Source: an uncultured candidate division Zixibacteria bacterium
Lineage (GTDB): Bacteria > Zixibacteria > MSB-5A5 > UBA10806 > 4484-95
Direction of reading: 5' to 3'
Length of the DNA: 64,000 bases
NCBI GenBank assembly: GCA_963668625.2
Contig: CAXXKA010000005.1
Coordinates: 188,021 to 252,020 of the forward strand
Every line of letters begins with the position of its first letter. The stretch's first letter is position 1. A model generated the notes under the pieces. That model searched no databases, was not told the DNA's origin, and worked only from the letters and a program-made list of their open reading frames with translations. Both the position numbers and the translations under genes were made by a program. Below, piece by piece: positions 10,262 to 20,857 of the stretch.

Positions 10262-12454
10262 ATGTTAGATGAGATACATCAGGTAGAAATTTCTATCGAC
10301 GATAGAACTCTATCGATCCAAACCGGTCATGTAGCCAAACAGGCGTCCGGTGCGGTACTCGTACGCTTAGGCGATACGATTGTTTTAGCCACGGCCTGTA
10401 TGTCGGATGCAAGACCCGACCAGGACTGGTTCCCGTTAACCGTAGATTACAGAGAAAAAGCTTACGCCGCCGGTAAAATTCCCGGTGGTTTTTTCAAAAG
10501 AGAGGGCCGTCCAACGGAGAAGGAAATTCTTAGTTCGCGTTTGGTCGATAGGCCGATTCGCCCGCTTTTCCCCAATGGCTTTTTCAACGAGGTTCAGGTG
10601 CTCTTGAGTGTCCTGTCCTCCGACCAGGAAAACGATTCGGATATCCTGGGCATTATCGGCGCCTCCGCAGCGCTTAGCATCTCCGACATACCGTTCGAAA
10701 AAGCGATTGCCGGTGTCAGGGTTGCCCGCGTGGCCGGCCAGTTGAAAATTTTACCGACTGTCTCCGAACTCGAAGAGAACGATATCAATATCGTGGTTTC
10801 CGGTTCGACCGACGCCATTAACATGGTTGAGGGTGGAGCCCACGAGGTATCAGAAACCGATATGCTCGAAGCCCTCGATTTCGCTCATGATTGGATCAAG
10901 AAAATCGTTACGGCTATCGAGGAGTTAAAAAGCAAATGCGGCAAGCCCAAAGCCGAATTCGCGCCGCCCGAGGTGAATGAGGATATGGCCAAAGAAGTCA
11001 CCGATATGGCGACCGAACGTATCAAAGATGCCAACCGTACTATCGATAAACACGAGCGGCAGGATAAAATCAACAAGCTTACCGACGAGATACAGGAAAA
11101 GCTTGCCGAGAAATATCCCGAGCAGGAAAAGGCGATCAACGCTCTCATACACGATATCGAAAAAACCGATATGCGTGATATGACTTTAAACGAACAGAAA
11201 CGTATTGACGGCAGAGGCTACACCGATATCCGCGATATCACCTGCGAGGTTGGCGTATTGCCTCGTCCACACGGCAGCGCAATATTCACCCGGGGACAGA
11301 CTCAGGCATTAGTAGCCACCACCCTCGGCACTAAGATGGATGAGCAAAAAATAGATGATATTCTTGGCGAATCGTTCAAGAGTTTCATGCTTCACTATAA
11401 TTTCCCGCCGTTCTCTACCGGCGAAACCAAATTCCTTCGCGGCCCGGGCAGGCGTGAAATCGGTCACGGTGCTTTGGCCGAACGTGCGCTTGAGCAGGTT
11501 ATCCCGCTGGAGTCGGGTTTCCCGTACACAATCCGCATCGTTTCGGATGTTATGGAGTCCAACGGCTCATCCTCGATGGCTACCGTTTGCGGCAGCTCTT
11601 TGAGCTTAATGGATGCCGGCGTGCCGATTAAGGCGCCCGTTGCCGGTATCGCTATGGGACTTATCAAAGAGGGTGAAAAATACGCTGTGCTTACTGATAT
11701 CCTCGGCGCTGAGGATCATCTCGGCGACATGGATTTCAAAGTTGCCGGTACCAGTGAGGGTATTACGGCTTTCCAGATGGATGTCAAGATTACCGGTATC
11801 GATCGCGAGATCATGGCTAAGGCTCTCGATCAAGCGCATGACGCCAGGATGTTTCTCCTCGGCAAGATGCTTGAGGTAATCGATAAACCCAGAGAGGAAC
11901 TCTCACAATACGCCCCGAGAATTATCTTCATGAAGATTAAAGTCGAGAAGATCGGCGAGGTGATCGGGCCCGGAGGCAAGATGATACGCAGTATTATCGA
12001 GGAGACCGGCGCCAAGATCGATATTGAGGATGATGGTACCGTACTAATCGCCTCGGTTGACCAGGCCGCCGGTGAGGCCGCTAAAAAGCGTGTCGAACAA
12101 CTCACCGAGGAAGCCGTAATCGGTAAAATCTATGAGGGTAAAGTCAGGCGGGTAACCAATTTCGGCGCATTTATCGAGATTATTCCCGGTACCGATGGCA
12201 TGGTTCATATTTCCGAATTGGAAAATTTCCGTGTCGAAAGGGTTGAGGATATCATCAATGTTGGCGATATGGTTAGTGTCAAAGTGATCGATATAGACCG
12301 TGAAGGTAAAATCAGGCTTTCTCGTAAAGCCGCTATCTACGGTGATGACGCAACGCCAAGCAGCCCCAGGCCTGACAGAGATAGAGATAGAGGTGGCGAT
12401 AGAGGCGGCCGCAGGCCCCGCAATGATGGTGACCGTAGAGGTAACAGAAGATAG
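10262..12454 (+). CDS. pnp: Polyribonucleotide nucleotidyltransferase
   Basis: GKIPGGFFKREG, RREIGHG, ESNGSSSMA, GDMDFKVAG; KH and S1 domains. Confidence 0.99.
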   Translation: MLDEIHQVEISIDDRTLSIQTGHVAKQASGAVLVRLGDTIVLATACMSDARPDQDWFPLTVDYREKAYAAGKIPGGFFKREGRPTEKEILSSRLVDRPIRPLFPNGFFNEVQVLLSVLSSDQENDSDILGIIGASAALSISDIPFEKAIAGVRVARVAGQLKILPTVSELEENDINIVVSGSTDAINMVEGGAHEVSETDMLEALDFAHDWIKKIVTAIEELKSKCGKPKAEFAPPEVNEDMAKEVTDMATERIKDANRTIDKHERQDKINKLTDEIQEKLAEKYPEQEKAINALIHDIEKTDMRDMTLNEQKRIDGRGYTDIRDITCEVGVLPRPHGSAIFTRGQTQALVATTLGTKMDEQKIDDILGESFKSFMLHYNFPPFSTGETKFLRGPGRREIGHGALAERALEQVIPLESGFPYTIRIVSDVMESNGSSSMATVCGSSLSLMDAGVPIKAPVAGIAMGLIKEGEKYAVLTDILGAEDHLGDMDFKVAGTSEGITAFQMDVKITGIDREIMAKALDQAHDARMFLLGKMLEVIDKPREELSQYAPRIIFMKIKVEKIGEVIGPGGKMIRSIIEETGAKIDIEDDGTVLIASVDQAAGEAAKKRVEQLTEEAVIGKIYEGKVRRVTNFGAFIEIIPGTDGMVHISELENFRVERVEDIINVGDMVSVKVIDIDREGKIRLSRKAAIYGDDATPSSPRPDRDRDRGGDRGGRRPRNDGDRRGNRR

Positions 12455-12462
12455 ATAAATTA

Positions 12463-13728
12463 GTGCAACCACAATATAGAAAAACAGTACTACCTGACGG
12501 ATTGAGAATTATCTCCGAGACGATTCCTTCCGTCAGGTCTATCTCAATCGGCCTATGGATTGATACTGGCTCCCGCGATGAACCTAAAGGTTTCGAGGGA
12601 GTTTCCCATTTTATAGAGCATATGGTGTTTAAAGGTACCGATACCCGTTCACCTCTGGATATCGTCTCGTATATCGAATCAGTCGGTGGTATTTTAAACG
12701 CCTTTACCAGCCGCGAAAACACCTGTTTCCTGGCAAAAGTCATCGATTTACAGTTACCCCGAGCGGTTGAAATTCTGGCCGATCTGGCTTTCAACGCCCG
12801 TTTCGATGAGGCCGATATCGACAAGGAAAAGAAAATCGTTATTGATGAAATACACGAGGTGGATGATACACCCTCCGATCTTGTGCACGATATCTTTGCC
12901 GAATCGATATATGGCGAGCACGCCCTGGGCAGGCCCATACTCGGCACCCAGGATTCAGTTTCGGGTCTTACTCGTGAAGGCATACTCGGATATCGCGACC
13001 GAAAATATATCCGAAAGAAAATGATGGTTGTCGTATCTGGTAATATGAAACACGAGGAATTGGTTGAACTGGTCAAACGTTATTTCCCAAAAACTCCCGC
13101 TAACGATATCGCGATAGAACCTCGAGTCGCCCCGAAATTCATCTCCGGCCTAACCGTTAAAACCCAGAAAACCAATCAAACTCATATCTGTATCGGCGCG
13201 CCGGCTGTAGGTTTCGGCAGTGGGCAACGACCCGCCCTGTTGCTGCTGAATTCGATTATCGGCGGCGGCATGTCCTCCCGGCTGTTTCAGCGAATACGCG
13301 AAGAACTTGGCATGGCCTATACCGTTTTCTCCTATATCGACTTCTTCAGGGACTCGAGTGTGATCGGCGCCTATCTCAATACCGACAAAAAATATACCGC
13401 CCAGGTAATACTCAACACTTTCGATGAGTTGGAGAAACTTAGTAATAGCGACCTTACCCTGCAGGAGATTGATTCGGCCAAGGAACAGCTTAAAGGCTCG
13501 CTCGTTTTGGGATTGGAGAACACCTCTCACAGGATGAACCGTCTGGCCAAACACGAACTCTTGATCGATCGCTATATAGGGGTTGATGAGACTATCGAGG
13601 AGATCGATAAAGTAACGATAGAACAGGTACGGCTTCTTGCCCGGGAACTTTTCAAACCGGATAATTATCAGGTTACCGTACTGGGGCCAATGACAAAGTC
13701 AGGAATCGAAAAACAAATAACTCGCTAG
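12463..13728 (+). CDS. M16-family zinc peptidase
   Basis: Inverted zinc motif HFIEHMVFKGT; NAFTSRE; GGGMSSRLFQ. Confidence 0.95.
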   Translation: MQPQYRKTVLPDGLRIISETIPSVRSISIGLWIDTGSRDEPKGFEGVSHFIEHMVFKGTDTRSPLDIVSYIESVGGILNAFTSRENTCFLAKVIDLQLPRAVEILADLAFNARFDEADIDKEKKIVIDEIHEVDDTPSDLVHDIFAESIYGEHALGRPILGTQDSVSGLTREGILGYRDRKYIRKKMMVVVSGNMKHEELVELVKRYFPKTPANDIAIEPRVAPKFISGLTVKTQKTNQTHICIGAPAVGFGSGQRPALLLLNSIIGGGMSSRLFQRIREELGMAYTVFSYIDFFRDSSVIGAYLNTDKKYTAQVILNTFDELEKLSNSDLTLQEIDSAKEQLKGSLVLGLENTSHRMNRLAKHELLIDRYIGVDETIEEIDKVTIEQVRLLARELFKPDNYQVTVLGPMTKSGIEKQITR

Positions 13729-13733
13729 CTAAT

Positions 13734-14576
13734 ATGATTGAATATATCGGTGGCGCCGGGGTATATATCTTTGGATGGTATGTTTATTGGCGCGCTAATC
13801 TCAAATGTGAAAGGCCGCCGATACTGGCGTTTCATGGTGTGAGCGATAGTTTCGAGCTATCGATAACCCGAAACAGCATAAAGGGATTTGCTAGGATAAT
13901 GGATTATCTTTCACTATCAGGCAAAACAGGCTGCGACCTTTCGGGGATTAACGAACCTGATCATGTAGCACTTACTTTCGATGACGGCTTTCAGGATTTT
14001 TACGATAACGCATATCCGATATTAGATGATTATGAATTCGAGGCTACCGTATTTTTAGTCTCCGACTATATCGGCAAACGAAGCGATTGGGACTACCAGA
14101 GTAAAAAACATATGAGTCGCGAGATGATAAAAGAGCTGTCCGATGCTGGTATCGAATTCGGTAGTCATGGTAAAACGCATGTAGATTTGCGAGCGCTGGA
14201 TGACGATCACCTGCATGAGGAGCTCGAGGGATCGAAAAAAGCGATAGAGGATTTGCTGGGAAAACCCGTGAAATATTTCTCTTATCCCTTCGGGCGTTTC
14301 GATAATCGCGTTATCGAGATGGTAAAGCAGGCGGGTTACGAGAAGGCGGTCTCGCTCTGCACGGGCGCTGATCAGTTCAGCTTACCCCGTCACGCGGTTT
14401 ATTTATACGACACACCATACTCGATTGATCGTAAACTCGTGAAACAATCATGGCCCGATATCTGTAAAGACTATATGAATAACAAGCTCGCCGGCGGCAC
14501 AATCGCCTTGAAAAAAATAATCCCGGCAAAGGAAGGGGAGGATGATGAGAAATCTATTAATAAAGCTTCTGTTTAG
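13734..14576 (+). CDS. Polysaccharide deacetylase family protein
   Basis: ALTFDDG, GSHGKTH, FSYPFG (NodB-type motifs). Confidence 0.9.
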   Translation: MIEYIGGAGVYIFGWYVYWRANLKCERPPILAFHGVSDSFELSITRNSIKGFARIMDYLSLSGKTGCDLSGINEPDHVALTFDDGFQDFYDNAYPILDDYEFEATVFLVSDYIGKRSDWDYQSKKHMSREMIKELSDAGIEFGSHGKTHVDLRALDDDHLHEELEGSKKAIEDLLGKPVKYFSYPFGRFDNRVIEMVKQAGYEKAVSLCTGADQFSLPRHAVYLYDTPYSIDRKLVKQSWPDICKDYMNNKLAGGTIALKKIIPAKEGEDDEKSINKASV

Positions 14577-14889
14577 CAGCATAGCGATAATTTTAGTAGC
14601 CAAGCTTCTACCCGGAATCGAGGTAACCTCGGCGCTGGGGCTGATAGCGGCGGTGGTAATACTCGGCCTATTAAACGTATTCTTAAAACCCCTGATGGTG
14701 ATACTCACGTTACCTTTCACGCTGGTGACATTCGGCCTGTTCCTGTTCGTGATAAACGGCCTGTTGTTGTATCTGACCGCCGCCATCGTGGATGGTTTCG
14801 CGATAGCCAATATCTGGGTCGCGATATTGGCCTCGATCCTGATCTCGATAGTAACCACGATAGTAAACTGGCTGGCTAAGGGGCATTAG
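14542..14889 (+). CDS. 4-TM phage-holin-family (YvlD-like) membrane protein
   Basis: LNVFLKPLMVILTLPFTLVTFGLFLFVING signature. Confidence 0.88.
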   Translation: MMRNLLIKLLFSSIAIILVAKLLPGIEVTSALGLIAAVVILGLLNVFLKPLMVILTLPFTLVTFGLFLFVINGLLLYLTAAIVDGFAIANIWVAILASILISIVTTIVNWLAKGH

Positions 14890-14914
14890 AACAACCCTGT
14901 CATTCCCTGTTTTC

Positions 14915-15047
14915 GGAGTTGTTGAAAAAACTCCCTGAGGTGTAAAGAATCCTTTCCCGGCACCTGGATTCATGCAGTATTTCGTCAGAAAAGGATTTTT
15001 AACGACTCGTGTGACTGCCCAACTGCTAACTGATCTATTCAACAGCC
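14915..15047. mobile_element. MITE family A copy 2 (inverted, degenerate)
   Basis: GTTGTTGAAAAAA...TTCAACAGCC ends; internal CTGAGGTGTAAAGAATCCTTTCCCGGCACCTG resembles the reverse complement of the copy-1 core; flanked by TGTCAT REP pieces. Confidence 0.7.
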
Positions 15048-15060
15048 ATATAAAGCAGCA

Positions 15061-15090
15061 TGTCATCCCTGACCCCGATCAGGGATCCAG
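15061..15090 (+). repeat. GTCAT-type REP palindrome
   Basis: TGTCATCCCTGACCCCGATCAGGGATCCAG hairpin. Confidence 0.7.
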
Positions 15091-15300
15091 TATTGGGGCG
15101 GGGAGAGGTCAGGACAAAGGACTCGAACCGCGAAAACGAAGAGCGCGTGCGGTGAGGGGATGCCCCATTCCATGGCAAAGCCTGGGGTGGGATCGCCTGA
15201 TAAGGCACTCAGCCCCAAAATCCAACAGTCAAACGACTTTAGTCTTGATTTCCATGTCAAAAAAGAATATAGTTGGGATGCCGAGAAGTTTTGGTTAACC

Positions 15301-15422
15301 GCGAGTAGGTCAAAACCCTGCGTTTTTGACGATCGTTAAAAACGAAATCCGCTCAGGCGGATGGTTTTAACAAGCGCGGCAAGAAAATAATATCCTGCCC
15401 CCGTAGCTCAGTAGGATAGAGC
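15301..15422 (+). repeat. Direct repeat copy 1 (GTAG-REP-like leader plus tRNA 5' end)
   Basis: Homologous to 15966-16088. Confidence 0.85.
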
Positions 15423-15470
15423 GTCGGTTTCCTAAACCGCAGGCCACAGGTTCGAATCCTGTCGGGGGTA
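15397..15470 (+). tRNA. tRNA-Arg (anticodon CCT)
   Basis: GCCCCCGTAGCTCAGTAGGATAGAGC...TT-CCT-AA...GGTTCGAATCC...CGGGGGTA cloverleaf, 74 nt; CCA not encoded. Confidence 0.97.
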
Positions 15471-15520
15471 TTTATCCAAACCATATTCATAATTGAAAAG
15501 AAAATGAGAAGTAAGATGTA

Positions 15521-15943
15521 ATGAAAACGATACTATCTATAATGATTATCCTTTTGACCCTAAATTGCGGAGTAGAATTATCTGATACAAAAGTAAAGGT
15601 AATCCCCAGAGAGGAATTAGTCCCTGTAGTACCTATGCCTGATGATAGCATACCGGCTGATGATGCTTTTGTTAAATATGATACCGCTCCCAGAAAAATC
15701 TCTCAACCTGAATATATTTGCCCTTATGGTGCTGAGAACAACAAAATAGAAAGTAGAATATTTGTAAAAGTGCTTATAGATACTCAAGGTAATGTCAGGG
15801 ATGTCAAAATCGTGAAAAGCGATGGCGTTGCCGAATGCGAGGAAGCGGCTGAGTTAATCGCTTATCAAACGAAATGGGAACCAGCCTCACTTGATGGCAA
15901 ACCAGTTGTTGTTTGGGTGATATTTAAAATGGTATTCAATTAA
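15521..15943 (+). CDS. TonB C-terminal-domain protein, probable lipoprotein
   Basis: Signal peptide with LTLNC; VKVLIDTQGNV...WEPASLDGKPV TonB_C pattern. Confidence 0.8.
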   Translation: MKTILSIMIILLTLNCGVELSDTKVKVIPREELVPVVPMPDDSIPADDAFVKYDTAPRKISQPEYICPYGAENNKIESRIFVKVLIDTQGNVRDVKIVKSDGVAECEEAAELIAYQTKWEPASLDGKPVVVWVIFKMVFN

Positions 15944-15965
15944 TTAAAACTGGTTAGTAATGAAA

Positions 15966-16088
15966 GCGAGTAGATCAAAACCCCTGCGGTTTTGACGATC
16001 GTTTTAAACAAAATCCGTCTGGCCGGATGTTTTTGACGAGCGCGGCGAGAAAATAATATTCTGCCCCCGTAGCTCAGTAGGATAGAGC
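15966..16088 (+). repeat. Direct repeat copy 2 ending in a 26-nt tRNA-Arg 5' fragment
   Basis: 16063-16088 is identical to tRNA nt 1-26; the upstream ~97 nt are similar to 15301-15396. Confidence 0.85.
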
Positions 16089-16317
16089 CTAAAACAAGCA
16101 ATAGAGGCAATAGAATTACATTATTTTTTAAAAGCACAGAATTGAAAATCTTAAGTCTTTCCAAGCAACAACATGGTTAACATTTATCTCCCATTCCCCA
16201 AAACGTTCACCCAATATCCACATTCCATCATAAATCCTTAATTATCCACGGATTTCAGCCGAAAATAATACTATGGTGATATGGTAATCTCTAACTGATG
16301 AAATACGGGGTAGCAAC

Positions 16318-17310
16318 GTGAAATCTAAATTATTAATAATATTGATAATAGCAACGATAATATCATCGTTGGCGATACTTAACTGCAGCAAGGATCCGCT
16401 GCAAACAACCGAAAACCATCTATACCTTGTCAACACCTATGATACGCCCGGCAGCGCCAACGCCGTGCATGTCACCGATTTCTACATGTATATCGCCGAT
16501 GGTTACGATGGCGGCTTGCAGGTGGTGGATATCACCAATATAGACAGCCTTCTGTTAGCCGGAGATCTGGATACCCCCGGCAATGCTCTCGATATAACCA
16601 TAACCGGCGAGAATGCCTTTATCGCCGATAACGAGGCCGGTTTGCAGATGGTCAATATCTCCAACCCGACCGTACCGGCTCTGGCAGGCGAGTTTGCCAC
16701 CTCCGATCGGGCAATTGGCTTATTCGCTTATGGTAATTATGCTTATATCGCCAACAATGATGATGGCTTGCAGGTTATCGATATCACCAGCCCGGCCAGC
16801 CTCGAGACAGCCGGCAGCTTTATCACCAGCAACAAGGCTTTCGATGTTTACGTAGCGGGAAACTTTGTCACCGGGCAATATGCCTATGTCGCCGCCGACT
16901 ACTCCGGGCTCCAAATTATCGATCTGGATGATCTGGATAACCTGGTGTTGGCCGGGTTCTATAACACTCCCGGGCGTGCCCTGGATGTTGTCATCTCCGG
17001 CAATTACGCTTACGTGGCCGACTACACCTCGGGCCTGATTATCCTCGATATCTCTCTGCCAAATAATGTCGAGTTGGTCGGCACCTGCGACACAGAGGAC
17101 CAGGCATTCGGCGTATTCGTGAAAGGCGATCTGGCCCTGGTAGCCGACTACACGGCCGGCGTGCATATCATCGATATCAGCGATAAAACAAATCCGCAGA
17201 TTATCGACACCTACGACACCCCCGGTTACGCCACGGATGTTTTCGTGAAAGATAATTACGTATTCGTAGCTGATGGTGTAGAGGGTGTAGTGATCTTAGA
17301 GATTCACTAG
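16318..17310 (+). CDS. LVIVD-repeat beta-propeller lipoprotein
   Basis: Lipobox-like AILNC; repeated YAYVAD..GLxIxDIS units. Confidence 0.88.
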   Translation: MKSKLLIILIIATIISSLAILNCSKDPLQTTENHLYLVNTYDTPGSANAVHVTDFYMYIADGYDGGLQVVDITNIDSLLLAGDLDTPGNALDITITGENAFIADNEAGLQMVNISNPTVPALAGEFATSDRAIGLFAYGNYAYIANNDDGLQVIDITSPASLETAGSFITSNKAFDVYVAGNFVTGQYAYVAADYSGLQIIDLDDLDNLVLAGFYNTPGRALDVVISGNYAYVADYTSGLIILDISLPNNVELVGTCDTEDQAFGVFVKGDLALVADYTAGVHIIDISDKTNPQIIDTYDTPGYATDVFVKDNYVFVADGVEGVVILEIH

Positions 17311-17373
17311 ATGATATCCGAATTAATTTTCATTCGCTTTACAAATCATATCGTTTAGAACTATAATCGGACT

Positions 17374-18639
17374 ATGAGCTTTTTTAATATAATAGCGATA
17401 TTCATAACGATCGCCGCTCTCGCCTCATTTATCAATTATCGCTATATCAAGCTGCCATCGACAATCGGCTTGATGGTGATCGGGCTTTTATGCTCGCTGG
17501 TGTTGATAGCCCTTAACGAGCTGGGATTGGATATCGAATCCGGCGCAGTCGGATTGCTTCGGTCTATCGATTTCTCCGAGGCGCTGATGAACGGAATGTT
17601 AAGTTTCCTGCTGTTCGCCGGCGCTCTTAAAATCAATTTGAACGATCTGGCTAACCGTAAATATATTGTCAGCACCCTGGCGACATTCGGGGTAGTTGCT
17701 ACTACCTTCATCGTGGGGATTGGCCTGTACTACATACTGCCTCTTCTGGGGCTATCGATGTCATTTGCCTGGTGCCTGGTTTTCGGAGCGCTTATCGCGC
17801 CAACCGACCCGGTAGCGGTGTTATCCATACTAAAATCTATCAAAGCACCTCGCTCGCTGGAGATCAAGATAGCGGGGGAATCGCTTTTCAACGATGGCGT
17901 CGGCGTGGTGGTATTTATAGTCATGCTGGGAATAGCATCCGGCGGGCATGCAACCGGAGTAGGGGATATACTGATACTTTTCGCGCAGGAGGCGATTGGC
18001 GGCGCGCTATTCGGTATCGTGATAGGTTGGCTCGGATACCTTCTCCTTAAGCGCGTGGATGAGTTCACTGTCGAAATCATGCTAACCCTGGCGATGGTTT
18101 GCGGCGGTTATGCCATGGCCTCATGGCTTCACCTCTCCGGTCCGATAGCTATCGTGGTAGCGGGATTACTGGTAGGCAACTATGGCAGGAATTTCGCCAT
18201 GAGCGAAACCACCCGAGGACATCTGGACCATTTTTGGGAGCTTATCGATGAAATTTTAAATGCCGTTTTGTTTATCTGGATGGGACTGGAAGTGCTTATT
18301 GTAGAGTTTAGCTCGACGTTCTTGATTATCGGCCTTATCGCTATTCCTCTGGTGCTAATCGCCAGATTCCTGAGTGTCTCCTCGGCAATATCCGTGCTTA
18401 AATTCAAGCGATCGTTCACCAAACACGCTATAACGATACTAACCTGGGGCGGCCTACGCGGCGGAATATCAATCGCGCTGGCCCTATCCCTACCGCCCGG
18501 AAAATCCAGAGATTTAATCGTATCGATAACATATGTGGTGGTCGTGTTCTCTATTCTGGTACAAGGATTATCGATAAAAAGCATGATTAACAGGCTAATC
18601 TCCCAGCCCGAGCTACCCCTTGATGAGCAGGACGATTAA
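17374..18639 (+). CDS. CPA1 Na+/H+ antiporter (NhaP-type)
   Basis: [21 protein letters not shown]; multiple TM helices. Confidence 0.95.
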   Translation: MSFFNIIAIFITIAALASFINYRYIKLPSTIGLMVIGLLCSLVLIALNELGLDIESGAVGLLRSIDFSEALMNGMLSFLLFAGALKINLNDLANRKYIVSTLATFGVVATTFIVGIGLYYILPLLGLSMSFAWCLVFGALIAPTDPVAVLSILKSIKAPRSLEIKIAGESLFNDGVGVVVFIVMLGIASGGHATGVGDILILFAQEAIGGALFGIVIGWLGYLLLKRVDEFTVEIMLTLAMVCGGYAMASWLHLSGPIAIVVAGLLVGNYGRNFAMSETTRGHLDHFWELIDEILNAVLFIWMGLEVLIVEFSSTFLIIGLIAIPLVLIARFLSVSSAISVLKFKRSFTKHAITILTWGGLRGGISIALALSLPPGKSRDLIVSITYVVVVFSILVQGLSIKSMINRLISQPELPLDEQDD

Positions 18640-19099
18640 TATTGCGTTCCTAATCAGTGAATACGATTCAATTAAAAGTAATATATATTTAATATTCCAT
18701 CATGTCTAAAGTAAATATATAAGGATAAAAGCTATTATAAAACCGTAATGTTTTTTACGAAATAGTCTTAAGCTCCATATAATATTACAATCATGAATCG
18801 AGAGCCTAAAATAGAAATAATTCTAAGAGGTTTATTGCGGATAATAAACCAATATTGCAGAGCTCGAGGTACCTCTCTACTTATATCGATAACGGAATAA
18901 AACGCAGCTATAATTGTATTGGATATGGAAATGTAACAGCCCATCTGATGAGGTTTTAGCTGATAATAAAATTATGCTAAAAATGCTTGCACACATTGGG
19001 CAGTTTGATTAAATTAAGCAAGTTTTGTCAGTTGGGGCAGTGTTGGTAGTTAGAAATTGTGTTTGCCTGGTTAGGCAGTTTAGAATTTGGGAGGATTAG

Positions 19100-20521
19100 A
19101 TGAAAAAGGCTTTATGTGTTGTTGCTGCTCTTATGATGGCGGCGAGTTTCGCGCATGCTCAGACTGTTGATTTCGGTTGGTATGGTCTGGATAATATCTA
19201 TGGTATGAATGGTTTCTATAACTTTAATACATCAGGCCAGAGCGCCAGGTCTATGGGTATGGGCGGTTTGTATTACACCATGGATAACGAGGGTTACTCA
19301 TCCTATTTGAACCCAGCCGGTATGGTCTATACACAAAAAGCTTTAATGTCGATTGGATTTTTATCCAGCATGGATGTTCACGAAGGAGCTCCTTTACATA
19401 TTAATACTCCAGATTTTTATGATCCGGAAACGGATTATGACTTCGTCAGAAATATTAATGATTTCGACAGGGAAAGAAACCAGATAGATAACGGCGGAGC
19501 GGTCGCGCCATTTTATTATTTTGATAGAGAATGGTGGGTTGGCCTGGGATTTCACAAATCATATGATCTTTTTTCGGAATATAAAATGCCGAAGTATTTA
19601 GATGGTGACCGGGCGGTATATACTCAACATGGTAGTATAGATATCGTAAACGCGGGCATTGCAACACGACTTATTCCGCAGTTGAGTTTTGGCGTTAATA
19701 TGAATGTTTATGTTAGAGGTTACACGGCTGACTTATACAATGCCACACCTTATCGAGACGATTATGGCGACACATTATTTACCAGTGGTCACTATAGAGA
19801 TAAATCCAAGTTCAGTGGAACTAATTTCGATTTTGGCGCTATTCTGGATATGGATATGTTCCGAGTCGCGTTAAATATATCCACCTCACTTACACTGACA
19901 CAGGAAGCAACGATAACCAATGAAGTCATTCAACAAAATGGTTTACCCAACGGTGTAATCGATCGTATCACTGCTACCAATAAATTCCCGATGTGCTACG
20001 GCGGCGGTATCGCTTTCACTCCCAACGAACAACTTACGGTTGGATTTGACCTAACAATGAAACCTTTCTCAAAGTATAAAATCGATATCGATCCTCAGCA
20101 AAACGCATACACTGATTTGACTGATTACGATCCGGAATGGGAGGATTTAACTCAATTCCGATTCGGCGCCGAATATATTCTCGATTTTACCTCATTCGAT
20201 ATACCCCTTCGCGCCGGATTCCAGAATATACCAGGAGTGATGAAAGCCGAAACTTTTTACGCCCATCTTGACACTTCGAATGGTAGTGTCGTCCATGATT
20301 CAACCGTTATAGGAGATCAGTTTAATACCAATATTTTCACTATCGGAACTGGATTGAAATTAGAGAAGATATGGTTCGATATTGCCTACCAATTCGGCTC
20401 CTCCGATACTGAGCAAGGTTTCGAAATAGATAAACCACTACCGGCAACAGACGATGTATTCGATTACAGTAATAAATACGCTTACTCGAGAATATACATC
20501 TCAGCCAGTATGTTGTTCTAG
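19100..20521 (+). CDS. FadL/OmpP1/PorV-like outer-membrane beta-barrel
   Basis: Signal peptide, SARSMGMGG and NPAG hatch motifs, C-terminal Phe. Confidence 0.8.
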   Translation: MKKALCVVAALMMAASFAHAQTVDFGWYGLDNIYGMNGFYNFNTSGQSARSMGMGGLYYTMDNEGYSSYLNPAGMVYTQKALMSIGFLSSMDVHEGAPLHINTPDFYDPETDYDFVRNINDFDRERNQIDNGGAVAPFYYFDREWWVGLGFHKSYDLFSEYKMPKYLDGDRAVYTQHGSIDIVNAGIATRLIPQLSFGVNMNVYVRGYTADLYNATPYRDDYGDTLFTSGHYRDKSKFSGTNFDFGAILDMDMFRVALNISTSLTLTQEATITNEVIQQNGLPNGVIDRITATNKFPMCYGGGIAFTPNEQLTVGFDLTMKPFSKYKIDIDPQQNAYTDLTDYDPEWEDLTQFRFGAEYILDFTSFDIPLRAGFQNIPGVMKAETFYAHLDTSNGSVVHDSTVIGDQFNTNIFTIGTGLKLEKIWFDIAYQFGSSDTEQGFEIDKPLPATDDVFDYSNKYAYSRIYISASMLF

Positions 20522-20541
20522 TAATTATCGATAGAAATTAT

Positions 20542-20577
20542 AAAGGCGTCGGTGATTCGTTCACCGACGCTTTTTTT
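20542..20577 (+). terminator. Intrinsic terminator
   Basis: GCGTCGGTGA-TTCGT-TCACCGACGC followed by T7. Confidence 0.9.
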
Positions 20578-20637
20578 ATATTTAGAGCCACAGGTTCACC
20601 CGATGTTTCCGTTTGAGGCGAAGCGATATTATCTTTT

Positions 20638-20770
20638 CTTGTTTCCAAACTCCGATTTGGGAACAGATGTACTCGAGAAACTTAGTTTCATTTTGATTCG
20701 ACTATAGATAGAATGTCAATACGAGATTGCTAAAACACGGTGGGTTACAAAATCGGAGATTTGTAACCAG
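20638..20770. repeat. Inverted pair of CTCGTT-type REP palindromes
   Basis: CTTGTTTCCAAACTCCGATTTGGGAACAG ... GGGTTACAAAATCGGAGATTTGTAACCAG; same layout as 43250-43347. Confidence 0.65.
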
Positions 20771-20796
20771 TTGTAGCCGGCTTAAGTCGGCAAGAT

Positions 20797-20824
20797 AAAA
20801 ACCACCGGCCTTGCGACCGGTGGT
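20797..20824 (-). terminator. Intrinsic terminator of the 20858-23062 gene
   Basis: ACCACCGG-CCTTGCGA-CCGGTGGT stem with an A-run on the + strand. Confidence 0.75.
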
Positions 20825-20857
20825 AATTTACTTCTACAAATCAAGCGGGAAGAGGAC

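Noticed and set aside
12360-12454. DR/GGDR low-complexity repeat at the pnp 3' end
   Set aside because: Charged disordered tails are common on PNPase.
2842-13554. Numerous antisense and alternate-frame ORFs within housekeeping genes
   Set aside because: Shadow ORFs caused by the codon bias of the real genes.
14542-14889. Prophage, suggested by the holin-family gene near a tRNA
   Set aside because: YvlD-like proteins are commonly chromosomal, and there is no integrase, capsid or lysin nearby.
15093-15218. tmRNA or second tRNA (GGGGCTGA start, GGTTCGAGTCC)
   Set aside because: Too short for tmRNA, with no tag frame, D-arm or anticodon arm. Kept only as an unexplained element.
14972-15298. 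108-aa ORF and other short ORFs overlapping MITE/REP DNA (2136-2525, 15063-15260, 62718-62909)
   Set aside because: They run across non-coding repeats and show no protein motifs.
16063-16088. Second tRNA-Arg gene
   Set aside because: Only the first 26 nt are present; no anticodon or T arm.
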